DNA from: Gemmatimonadota bacterium
Lineage (GTDB): Bacteria; Gemmatimonadota; Gemmatimonadetes; Palauibacterales; Palauibacteraceae
Length of the DNA: 64,000 bases
Assembly: GCA_035267645.1 (NCBI GenBank)
Contig: DATFLN010000086.1
Span: forward strand, 2,181-66,180
Reading direction: 5' to 3'
Position 1 is the first letter of the stretch. Each line of letters begins with the position of its first letter. The translations under genes were made by a program, and so were the position numbers. The notes below the pieces were generated by a model. It did not search any database. It was not told the origin of the DNA and saw nothing but the letters and a program-made list of their open reading frames with translations. Shown piece by piece: positions 54,289 to 62,781 of this stretch.

Positions 54289-54561
54289 ATGCCCACGTTC
54301 ATCGTGGAGCGAGACCTTCCGGGCATCACCCCGGAGCAGCTCCAGGCGGCAGGCGTGCGCGCAAAGACGTGCTGCGAGGAGATGGCATCCGAGGGGACCG
54401 ACGTCCGCTGGCACCGGAGCTTCTTCCTCCCGGAGTCGGAGAAGACCTTCTGCGTTTTCGAGGCCGTGGACCGTGAGATGGTGGCCGAGGCCAACCGGCG
54501 CGCCAAGATTCCCTTCGAGCGGATCCACGACTCGGTGGAGATGACGCCCGACGCGATCTGA
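54289..54561 (+). CDS. DUF4242 family small protein
   Basis: FIVERDLPG...VRWHRSF...KTFCVFEA.....V.EANRRAKIPFERI; GAGGAGG RBS. Confidence 0.88.
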   Translation: MPTFIVERDLPGITPEQLQAAGVRAKTCCEEMASEGTDVRWHRSFFLPESEKTFCVFEAVDREMVAEANRRAKIPFERIHDSVEMTPDAI

Positions 54562-54564
54562 TTC

Positions 54565-54623
54565 GGGGCGTGCGGGGCGGACCGCCGCTCTCGTGCGAGC
54601 GCCGGGGGCGTGCGGGGCGGACC
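54565..54623. repeat. 19-bp direct repeat, 40-bp period
   Basis: ggggcgtgcggggcggacc at 54565 and 54605. Confidence 0.7.
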
Positions 54624-54698
54624 CCCGGGGTCGGAGGCCGGAGACGCGCGGAGCTCACCCGATACGATCTCGGGGTTTCGTAGGACTGCCGGCCCTTC

Positions 54699-55550
54699 AT
54701 GACACAGGAGCCGATGGCCAACGGCGCGAATCATGGAACGATCGGCGGCGGCGCCCGAGGAGACCAGCGGCCGGGCGGCGGGAGGGCGCGCCGCATCGCC
54801 TTCTGGTCGGTCCTGGCTCTGACGACCGCGTTCCTGCTGGTCACGATGCAGGATGCGCTTCCCCTGATCGCCAAGAACTGGTTGCCCGGGGATGCCTGGC
54901 TGGCGCTCCGGACCGACCGCGCGGCGGGCGACGAAGTGCACCGCCTCCATTCCCTGGCGCTGTCCGTCTTCGCCTGGGGAATGCTCGCCGGAGTCGCGGT
55001 CCAGTTCCACCGGCCCCGCAGGAAGGTCGCGGCCCTTCTCGTGGCCCTGGCCGTGCCCGTCGCCATTGCCGCTTCCGAAGCGCTGACCGGAGCCTACACC
55101 TTGGCCGGCACGGCGCCGTTCATGCTTCCTATCGTGGCGGCCTGCGCCCTCCATCCGGCCGCGCGCGAGTTCGTTCGCCTCCCCCGCCTGGATCGGACCA
55201 TGGCAGCCCTGACGCTGGTCGCCGGCGTGGCGTGGATCGCGTACGCCCTGGACGTGGCGGAGACGGCTCGGGCCACGAGCCCGCCCACCGACATGGACCA
55301 CCTCGAGTTCATGGTGTCGCTCGGGCTTCTCGCCGTGCTGTGGGGCCTCATTGCGGCGACCGACAGGGGGGGGTGGCGCTTCGCCGCGCTTGCGGTGCTC
55401 TTCCTGACCGCCTGCGTGGCGTTGCAGTCGCTGATCTTCCCGGAGGCGCTGTCGGGTCTGACGCCGCTGTGGGCGTGGGCGGCCCTGACCTGGTGCCTGG
55501 GGTTCGGCGCCGCTGCCTGGCACCGGGCTCGGCTCACCGCTGCCCGCTGA
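54699..55550 (+). CDS. Multi-pass membrane protein of unknown function
   Basis: About 8 hydrophobic segments; His-containing loops (HRLHSL, DMDHLE). Confidence 0.7.
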   Translation: MTQEPMANGANHGTIGGGARGDQRPGGGRARRIAFWSVLALTTAFLLVTMQDALPLIAKNWLPGDAWLALRTDRAAGDEVHRLHSLALSVFAWGMLAGVAVQFHRPRRKVAALLVALAVPVAIAASEALTGAYTLAGTAPFMLPIVAACALHPAAREFVRLPRLDRTMAALTLVAGVAWIAYALDVAETARATSPPTDMDHLEFMVSLGLLAVLWGLIAATDRGGWRFAALAVLFLTACVALQSLIFPEALSGLTPLWAWAALTWCLGFGAAAWHRARLTAAR

Positions 55551-55626
55551 ACACCGGGCCCGCCGCGATCCCCTGCACCTCACGGGAGCGCCCCGGAATC
55601 GGCCGGCGGGGGCGAGGCGTCGCCTG

Positions 55627-56109
55627 TCAGCTCGCGCCGGGCTCGACCCGGAAGCTGGCCCGCATCCCCAGCGCCATGTGGGGCGGGGCCCCGGGTTCGT
55701 CCTGAAGGTTGCACACGAGGACATAGGTGCGGCCGGCCACGAGGTCCACCAGGAGTCGGCTGGAGGCGCTCCGGTGGGGAGCGGCGATGAGCACGGCGGG
55801 ACTGCCCTCCATCAGGTCGTCCCGGTCCTGCCCGCTCCGGACGGCCGCCATGACGTCCTCCAGCGTCATGCTCTCCTTCAGCTGGACCAGGACCATCTCG
55901 TGGTCCACCTCGCCCCGGTTCTCGAACCCGAGGAGCGTCGGTCCGGGCGGGACGACTTCGGGGGCCTCGAACGCGTAGTCGCGCCCGATGACGGTCACCT
56001 GGTTGGGCGCCCCGCTCCCGCAGGCCGCCAGGCCGGAGGACATGATGAGGACCCCGAGGACGAGGGGCACGTTCGCCGGGCAGCGTCGCAGCGCGCGTCC
56101 AGGCGTCAT
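55627..56109 (-). CDS. Single-domain blue-copper (cupredoxin) lipoprotein
   Basis: Lipobox LAAC; H (DHEM) and C-x10-H-x4-M (CNLQDEPGAPPHMALGM) type-1 Cu ligands. Confidence 0.75.
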   Translation of the reverse strand: MTPGRALRRCPANVPLVLGVLIMSSGLAACGSGAPNQVTVIGRDYAFEAPEVVPPGPTLLGFENRGEVDHEMVLVQLKESMTLEDVMAAVRSGQDRDDLMEGSPAVLIAAPHRSASSRLLVDLVAGRTYVLVCNLQDEPGAPPHMALGMRASFRVEPGAS

Positions 56110-56644
56110 CGACGATCGCCTTTCCGTGGGGGACGGCGGTGCCGGCACGGGTAAGCCGGTGGAAGCGTTTCGTCTATCGGGTCATTTCGTTGCCCTAAGG
56201 TATGAGCGGCGCCGCGGCGTGCAACCCGGGCCGCGTGCGAGCTTGGCGGATCTTGCGACTCGAACCTTCCGGTCGTGGACGGAAGCTGTCCGGCCCGGCC
56301 GGCACACCGTCACGACGCTGTGTCAGGGAGTCCCACGACCGATGCTGCATGCCACGGAGACCGGGGCGAGCAGGCGCACAGCCAGGAGCGCGACGATCAT
56401 GGACCGATCTCGGGCGCCTCCTTTTCCCTGATCCACGTCCGCTCGAGACGCTCCGGAGCGCTCCGGGCTCCCGAGCGAACCATTCCCTCTCCCACCGGCC
56501 CCTGGTATTCTGCAAGGCTCATGGATGGAACGTTCCCCGCGTCCGCCCACGCCGACGAGGGTGATCGTCGAGCCCCGGGCGACCCGGGTGCGGCCCTGTC
56601 CGACCGTCCCAACGCCGGTGAAGGAACGGGAGGAGCGCTGAATC

Positions 56645-57616
56645 ATGCCCGAGGCCCTGGAGCCCGTCAGGCCCGTCACCCTGGATGAGATCCGCCACGC
56701 GCGGGAGCGCATCGCGGACGTGGTCGTCAGGACGCCGCTCGTCCGCCTGGAGATGGGACCCGACTACCCGGACATCCGCCTCAAGCTCGAGAATCTCCAA
56801 CCCATCAACGCCTACAAGCTGCGCGGCGCGGCCAACGCCGTCGCCACCCTCTCCGAGACCGACCGGGCGCGGGGGGTGTGGACGATCAGCGCGGGCAACG
56901 CGGGACAGGGCGTCGCGTACGCGGCCCGCAGCGCCGGCGTGCCCTGCACGGTCGTGGCCATCGAGACGGCCCCCGTCTCCAAGATGGAGCGCATGCGCGC
57001 GCTGGGGGCGGAGGTCGTTCCGGTGCCCTACGACGCGGCCTGGAAAGCGCTGGAGGCGCGCGAGTACCCGGGGATGGACGGGACCTTCGTGCATCCGTTC
57101 GACGACCACGACTTCATCGCGGGCCACGCCACGATGGGGCTCGAGATCCTGGAGGACGCGCCCGATGTGGCGACGGTCGTCGCCGGCATCGGGGGAGGCG
57201 GACTGGTCACGGGACTCGGGAGCGCCATCAAGGCGCTCCGGCCGGACGTCCAGGTGTGGGGCGCCGAGCCGGAGACGGCCGCGCCCGCCGCGCGCTCGTT
57301 CGAGGCGGGATCCCCGCAGGTGTTCGACGAGTGGGAGGCCTCCTTCGTGGACGGCGCCGGCGGCAAGAGCCTCTTCCCCCGCATGTGGGAGCGCATGCGC
57401 CCCGTCGTGGACGGCTCGATCGTGGTCAGCCTGGAGGAGACCCGGCACGCCATGCGGGTGATGGCCGAGAAGGCGCGCGTCATCTCCGAGGGCGCCGGCG
57501 CGCTGCCCGTCGCCGCGGCCCTGGCGGGCAAGGCCGGTCCCGGTCCGATCGTGGCCGTGGTCTCGGGCGGCAACATCGATCTCGAGAAGTTCTGGGAGCT
57601 GATCGGGGAGGCGTAA
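56645..57616 (+). CDS. PLP-dependent threonine/serine dehydratase family protein
   Basis: KLENLQPINAYKLRGA, SAGNAGQG, HPFDD, GIGGGGL, SEGAGA, SGGNID. Confidence 0.92.
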   Translation: MPEALEPVRPVTLDEIRHARERIADVVVRTPLVRLEMGPDYPDIRLKLENLQPINAYKLRGAANAVATLSETDRARGVWTISAGNAGQGVAYAARSAGVPCTVVAIETAPVSKMERMRALGAEVVPVPYDAAWKALEAREYPGMDGTFVHPFDDHDFIAGHATMGLEILEDAPDVATVVAGIGGGGLVTGLGSAIKALRPDVQVWGAEPETAAPAARSFEAGSPQVFDEWEASFVDGAGGKSLFPRMWERMRPVVDGSIVVSLEETRHAMRVMAEKARVISEGAGALPVAAALAGKAGPGPIVAVVSGGNIDLEKFWELIGEA

Positions 57617-57791
57617 GGGCGGACCCGGGCCTCCTGCATGGGGGCGGAACGGCGTACCGTACCTTCCTCGCCAACCTCGTGCTGCGGGGTCCTGCGGCGC
57701 TGAACGCACGGCCGCCCCGACCAGGATCACTCGTTCCCGGTCCTTACGAGAGACGACTCCGATCTCCTGCCTGTGAGATCGGGGGGAACCG

Positions 57792-59096
57792 TCACCCCCC
57801 GCTCCCCCGTGCCGGGCCGCCGCAGGCGGCCGCCCGCTCCCGCATCACTGCGCGCTCCCGCTCGTTCCGCGTGAGATCCGCCGCCCGCTCGAACGCGGCC
57901 CGGGCCTCCGCGGTCCGGCCCAACCTCTCCAGGAGATCGCCGCGCACGGCGGGCAGCAGGTGGTAGTCGTCGAGCAACGGCTCCTCCCGGAGCGCATCCG
58001 CGATCTCGAGGCCTACCTCGGGTCCGTACGCCCGTCCCACGGCCACCGCCCGATTCAGCTCCACGACGGGCGAGGGCGTCACCCGCGCGAGCGCATCGTA
58101 GAGCGCCGCGATCCTCTTCCAATCCGTCTCTTCGGGCCGCGCTGCCGTCGCGTGGCAGGCGGCGATCGCCGCCTGGAGGGCGTAAGGCCCGAGGCCGCCG
58201 CCCAGCGCCCGGACCCGCTCGAGCGCCGCCAGGCCACGCCGGATGAGCAGGTGGTCCCAGCGGGAGCGGTCCTGGTCCATGAGGAGGACCGGCTCCCCCG
58301 CGGGATCCACCCTGGCCCGGAGCCGGGAGGCCTGGATCTCGAGCAGCGCGACGAGGCCGTGGACCTCTGATTCGTGCGGCGCCAGCCGGGCCAGCACGCG
58401 GCCCAGACGCAACGCCTCGCCGCACAGGTCGGGACGCGTCCAGTCGTCGCCCGAGGTGGCCACGTAGCCCTCGTTGAACACCAGGTAGACCACCTCGAGG
58501 ACCGACGACAGCCGCGAGTCCAGCTCCTCCCGGGGCGGGATCTCGAACGGGACTCCCGACTCGCGGAGAGTCCGCTTGGCCCGCACGATCCTCTGCGAGA
58601 GGGTCGGGACCGGCACGAGGAAGGCCCGCGCGATCTCGTCGGTTGTGAGACCGCCCAGGAGCCGGAGCGTGAGCGCCACCCTCGCCTCGCGCGAGAGGAC
58701 GGGATGGCAGCACAGGAACATGAGCCTCAGCACGTCGTCCCCCACGGGGTCGTCGAGCGCGGCCACGAGCTCCTCGGCCTGCGACGGTGCGGCCTCATCC
58801 CGCTCGCGGGCGAGGGCCTCGTGCTTCTCCTCTACGCGGCGGGCCCGGCGCAGGTGGTCGAAAGCCCGCCGTCGCGCCACGGTCGTGAGCCAGGCGCCCG
58901 GATTGTCGGGAACGCCCGTGTCGGGCCACTGCTCCAGCGCCGCCAGCAGCGCGTCCTGGGCGAAGTCCTCGGCCAGGCCGACGTCGCCCACGAGCCGCGT
59001 GAGGCCGGCGACGATGCACGCCGACTCGATCCTCCACACCGCGTCGACCGCGGCGCGCGTGGGGCGGTCGGCGGCCCGCCGGTCGGGAACGGTCAT
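57792..59096 (-). CDS. ECF42-type sigma factor with C-terminal TPR/DUF6596 extension
   Basis: LAEDFAQDA..AALEQWP..GVPDNPGAWL, LRLMFLCCHP, QRIVRAK, LVFNEGY, DQDRSRWD, PYALQAAIAACH. Confidence 0.93.
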   Translation of the reverse strand: MTVPDRRAADRPTRAAVDAVWRIESACIVAGLTRLVGDVGLAEDFAQDALLAALEQWPDTGVPDNPGAWLTTVARRRAFDHLRRARRVEEKHEALARERDEAAPSQAEELVAALDDPVGDDVLRLMFLCCHPVLSREARVALTLRLLGGLTTDEIARAFLVPVPTLSQRIVRAKRTLRESGVPFEIPPREELDSRLSSVLEVVYLVFNEGYVATSGDDWTRPDLCGEALRLGRVLARLAPHESEVHGLVALLEIQASRLRARVDPAGEPVLLMDQDRSRWDHLLIRRGLAALERVRALGGGLGPYALQAAIAACHATAARPEETDWKRIAALYDALARVTPSPVVELNRAVAVGRAYGPEVGLEIADALREEPLLDDYHLLPAVRGDLLERLGRTAEARAAFERAADLTRNERERAVMRERAAACGGPARGSGG

Positions 59097-59545
59097 CCCG
59101 TCGGTCGCTCGCTCGAAGCGCCGTGACCCGTCCGCGCCGATGGACCGAACCGCGCCGTCCGCAGCCACTCCCGGCGCCCTCGCGCCACGAGAGCCGCGAG
59201 CACTCCCGCGACGAGCGGCAGGAGGGCCGGAGCGACGCCCGAGGTCACGACCGTCACCACGACCGCACCGGCCATGATGACGACCAGGCCCGCGGCGGCC
59301 AGGGGCGTCAGCTCCTGGCGGACGCGGAGCCATCCGGGGAGCACGAGGCCCGCCGCGCCGAGCACCTCGCAGGCTCCGACGAACCGCAGGAAGGCGCCCG
59401 GCAGGGGGATCGCTCGGGTCAGCGCCTCGACCGGCATCACGAGCTTCGTGACTCCGGCGAACAGGAAGAGGAGGGCCAGCAGCACCTGGGCCGTCCACAG
59501 CAGAGCTCCGGACTTGCGGGCCATCGCCTCGAAGGAAAATCGCAT
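59093..59545 (-). CDS. DoxX-like family membrane protein
   Basis: LWTAQVLLALLFLFAGVTKL...FVGACEVLGAAGLVLP...LTPLAA.GL. Confidence 0.88.
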   Translation of the reverse strand: MRFSFEAMARKSGALLWTAQVLLALLFLFAGVTKLVMPVEALTRAIPLPGAFLRFVGACEVLGAAGLVLPGWLRVRQELTPLAAAGLVVIMAGAVVVTVVTSGVAPALLPLVAGVLAALVARGRREWLRTARFGPSARTGHGASSERPTG

Positions 59546-59628
59546 CGTGTCTCTCCTACGATCGTGGTTGGTGACCGGCGACCGCCGACCGCACGGTCGG
59601 GCACCGGGTCCCCGGTCCTCACCATCGC

Positions 59629-59655
59629 GTCGAACGTCGGCCTGGAGAATCGACA
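59629..59655 (-). promoter_or_regulatory. ECF42-type promoter upstream of doxX-sigma operon
   Basis: Minus strand TGTCGA-N17-CGAC (TGTCGATT...GTTCGACGCG). Confidence 0.75.
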
Positions 59656-59789
59656 CGATTCAAAGAGGCCAGCGCCGGGCCGCGTGCCGGGGGCGGACCC
59701 GTGGACGGGGCGGCGGGGCCGGTGGCCCGCACCTTGTCTCCACCTCCCCCCGAACGGGGCACGCGTTCCCCGCCCGGGAGAGAGACGGC

Positions 59790-59969
59790 ATGGAACCCTC
59801 GGATGTGAAATCGGCCGCCACCGCGACCTACCTGCTCCTCGTCCGGGACGCGCCCCCCGAGGTCTACGACGCGCTCACGCCCGAGGAGCGTTCCGAGAGC
59901 ATGCGCCGCTGGAACGCGTGGGTGGATTCCATGGCCCGGGAGACCATGCGGGAGCCGGGCTCCGCGTAG
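59790..59969 (+). pseudogene. N-terminal fragment of a YCII-like protein
   Basis: YLLLVRDAPPEVYDALTPEE...RRWNAWVDSM then stop; DGPF half absent. Confidence 0.5.
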
Positions 59970-59982
59970 CGTCCGGGAGGTC

Positions 59983-60411
59983 TCACTCCTCGTACGGGCT
60001 CTCGATTCGCTCTCTCAGACGCCGCTCCCTCTCGCGGATCTCCCCCGAAGGGTCGCTCTCGGCGAAATCCTCCGTCTCGAAGACGGGACGGATCTCGATC
60101 TCCGTCCCCCCGTCGAACGGTGCCCGCTTCAGCCATTCGACGGCTTCCTCCATCGACGCCACGCGCCACAGCCAGAAGCCGGCGAGGAGCTCCTTCGTCT
60201 CGGCGAAGGGGCCGTCGATGACCGACCGATCCTCTCCCGAGAACCGGACCCGGACGCCGTCCGAGCTGGGGCGGAGCCCCTCGCCGGCGAGCATGACGCC
60301 CGCGTCCGCGAGCTCCTCGTTGAACCGACCCATCGCCTCGAGGATCTCCCGGTCGGGGAGCACGCCCGCCTCGGACTCCTCGTTCGCCTTGACCAGCACC
60401 ATCACTCGCAT
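59983..60411 (-). CDS. YCII/DGPF family protein
   Basis: MRVMVLVKA...MGRFNEEL..AG...GEGL.PSS...DGPFAETKELLAGFW. Confidence 0.93.
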   Translation of the reverse strand: MRVMVLVKANEESEAGVLPDREILEAMGRFNEELADAGVMLAGEGLRPSSDGVRVRFSGEDRSVIDGPFAETKELLAGFWLWRVASMEEAVEWLKRAPFDGGTEIEIRPVFETEDFAESDPSGEIRERERRLRERIESPYEE

Positions 60412-60460
60412 CGCTCTCTCCTCTCGTCAGGTGGTCGAGCCGCCCCGCGCCGGGGACGGA

Positions 60461-60895
60461 TCAGGTCGACGTCCGCTCGGGGCCCTGGGACGGCAGGTCG
60501 AGCGCCCGGAAGCGCTCGATGGCGGGCCCCTCGCCCAGATCGTCGAGAGCGGCCAGGGGCCGGACCTCGATCTCCGCTTCCCGGCCCGGCCCGGCCGGAT
60601 TGGGGAAGCGCCGCGCCCACTCGAGCGCCTCCTCCCGGGACCGGGCCTGGATGAGCGTGTAGCCGCCCACGATCTCCTTCGCTTCGCTGAACGGCCCGTC
60701 CACGACGGTCCTGCCGTCGGCCGAGTAACGAATGCGCCAGCCGGAGGCGGTGGGCTGGAGGCCGGCGGCGTCCAGGAGCACGCCGGCCCGCGCGAGCTCC
60801 TCGTGGAACTCGGCCATGCGGGCGATCATGGACTCGTCGGGCAGGGCGCCCGTCTCGCTGCCCTCGCTGGCCTTCACGATGATCATGAATCGCAT
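60461..60895 (-). CDS. YCII/DGPF family protein
   Basis: MRFMIIVKA...DGPFSEAKEIVGGY...EIEVRP. Confidence 0.93.
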   Translation of the reverse strand: MRFMIIVKASEGSETGALPDESMIARMAEFHEELARAGVLLDAAGLQPTASGWRIRYSADGRTVVDGPFSEAKEIVGGYTLIQARSREEALEWARRFPNPAGPGREAEIEVRPLAALDDLGEGPAIERFRALDLPSQGPERTST

Positions 60896-60984
60896 CTGCG
60901 TCGCTCCCTCGTCGAGGTCGGGGACTCCGTCGCCGTCGCCCTCGAGCTCGGCTCCGGCGTCCCGGTCGTCCCTTCCATCCACGC

Positions 60985-61011
60985 GTCGAACGGGACCGTC
61001 GGAAATCGACA
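60985..61011 (-). promoter_or_regulatory. ECF42-type promoter upstream of the YCII pair
   Basis: Minus strand TGTCGA-N17-CGAC (TGTCGATT...GTTCGACGCG). Confidence 0.75.
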
Positions 61012-61140
61012 CGGCGCACGAGACGGGCCGGAGGGGACGGGCGGGGGGCGTGTCCAGGAGGCGGGAAGGCTCCCACCACAGCAGGAGGGAGGGTCGGCCC
61101 GGCCGGCGGAACGCCCGAGCGCGACCGGCGCCGCGCGACG

Positions 61141-61575
61141 TTACACTCCCTCCCGCTCCAGGTGCGACTCCACGGCCTCCACGTAGGCGCTCAGGTCTCG
61201 GATGGCTCGCCCGACTGCTTCGAGGACCTTGCGGTCGTCGATCTCATCGTACTCGTGGACCAGCCGGTTACGGAGCCCGGCGGCTGGGGCCAGGCTCTCC
61301 GCCAGCTCGCCGGACACGACGCCGGCCCGACCCAGCGCCACGAAGCTCGCGAAATAGTCGGATGGAGCGGGGTGCCCGGCGGCCCGGAGGAGATGCAGGT
61401 TCGCATCGACGGCCGCCTCGATGGCCTCCTGGAGCAACCGCTCCACCGCCTTCTTCCGGAAGCGGTCCTCGCGGTACTCCGCCAGCGACAGATCTCGAAC
61501 TCGCTCGAGGTCGGAGAGATCACGGGTGATCGAGGCCAGCTTTCGACGGACCAGCGCCCCGTCGAGCTCCGTCAC
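61141..61575 (-). CDS. hepT: HEPN/DUF86 toxin (HepT-like RNase)
   Basis: VERLLQEAIEA, R-X4-6-H motif GLRNRLVHEY with the adenylylatable Tyr; GTGA overlap with MNT gene. Confidence 0.9.
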   Translation of the reverse strand: MTELDGALVRRKLASITRDLSDLERVRDLSLAEYREDRFRKKAVERLLQEAIEAAVDANLHLLRAAGHPAPSDYFASFVALGRAGVVSGELAESLAPAAGLRNRLVHEYDEIDDRKVLEAVGRAIRDLSAYVEAVESHLEREGV

Positions 61576-62030
61576 CGCTCCTCCCGTCCGTCCGGATGCA
61601 TGCGCCGGGAGAGGAACTGGCGGATCTCCTCGCGCTCCGCGCTCCTGAACTTGCGCGTGTCGGCGAAGCGGCGGGCGGCCAGGGACTGGAAGCGGGCGAA
61701 GCGGGTGGGGTCCGCCTGGTAGAGGGGCTCGCCATCACGCGCCACGGCCAGAAGCAGCACCGGGTCGGCCCGGCGGAGGTCCACCACGTCGACCTCCTGC
61801 AGCGCCAGCTCCCGGATGAAGCGATTGGTGAGGTCGACGGGCTCCGCCGAGGCTCCACCGACGTAGCCCAGGTCGACATCCCCGGGGCGTAGTCCCTTCG
61901 CCCGGGCCCCGACCTGGCGCGCGGCCGAGCCGAACAGGACGACGAGCTCCAGACCGACGTCGGTGGCGATGCGCGCGGCCGCCTCCTCGAGTCGAGACCG
62001 GTCGAGATCGCACGGTCCGGACGTGGCCAT
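61572..62030 (-). CDS. mntA: Minimal nucleotidyltransferase antitoxin (MntA-like)
   Basis: LVVLFGSAAR...GDVDLG, EVDVVDL....PVL...V.RDG.PLY. Confidence 0.9.
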   Translation of the reverse strand: MATSGPCDLDRSRLEEAAARIATDVGLELVVLFGSAARQVGARAKGLRPGDVDLGYVGGASAEPVDLTNRFIRELALQEVDVVDLRRADPVLLLAVARDGEPLYQADPTRFARFQSLAARRFADTRKFRSAEREEIRQFLSRRMHPDGREER

Positions 62031-62271
62031 GGTCCTCCAGCTCCTGGTTTCGGACGCGGTTCCCGCCAGGACAATCTAGCCGGATCGCGTCGCGCCGACG
62101 AAGGATCGCCCCGGCGGGCGGCAACGCACCGGCCCTGAGGCCGCAACTGGAGAGACGGGTCGAACGGCAGAGCACGCGGCGGCGCTCCAGGAAGGCCGCC
62201 CCGGAGACTCGGGCTGCAGCCGCCCGGCGCCCGGAAGGAGAAAGCGGAGGGGGAGGGATTCGGCGCGCGGC

Positions 62272-62322
62272 TGTCCATGGCGGGTGAAAATGTGACACCT
62301 GCGGCGGCCGAAAATGTGACAC
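62272..62322. repeat. IS21 right inverted repeat
   Basis: TGTCCATGGCGGGTGAAAATGTGACACCTGCGGCGGCCGAAAATGTGACAC. Confidence 0.9.
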
Positions 62323-62341
62323 TCGGCCGAGGGGACGAGCC

Positions 62342-62781
62342 TCAGGTCGTCGCGGCCTCCTGGAGCCGAGGTTCGCCGTGGAGCGCCTGCCAGAGCTCGG
62401 TGTGCTGGCGCATCCGGAAGCTGTTGCCCCGGATGTTGACGATGTGGCAGTGGTGGAGCAGGCGGTCGATCAGGGCGGTGGCCATGACCTCGTCGCCGAA
62501 GACCTCGCCCCACTCCTCGAAGCTCTTGTTCGAGGTGAGCACCTTCAGCCGGTGCTGGACCCGGCCGGCAGTCGGGAGCTGCGCATGGCGGCCTGGAGAC
62601 GCCGGTTGTTCCGCAGCTGGATCTGGGCGCCGAGGAGCTGTTCGATGGCCTCCCCCGGGGTGACCTGGCCGCCGCCTGCGCCCGAGAGGATGGGATCGAG
62701 GGCCTCGAGCGCGCCGGGCATCTTGAGGTCGGCCAGCTGAGCCCGGATCCGGTCCCGGCGGCTGGGCCGGCGCGCGCTCAC
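62342..62781 (-). pseudogene. istB: IstB AAA+ helper ATPase with central deletion and frameshift
   Basis: N-terminus LKMPG...RNNRRL..AMRSSRLPA joined out of frame to VLTSNKSFEEWGEVFGDEVMATALIDRLLHH..IVNIRGNSFR; Walker A/B absent. Confidence 0.9.

Noticed and set aside
56323-56400. 25-codon hydrophobic ORF MIVALLAVRLLAPVSVACSIGRGTP on the minus strand
   Set aside because: Could be a signal-peptide remnant, but the RBS is too far away and there is no further support
57630-57705. GLLHGGGTAYRTFLANLVLRGPAAL, reminiscent of a P450-like C-terminus
   Set aside because: Too short for a credible assignment without a search
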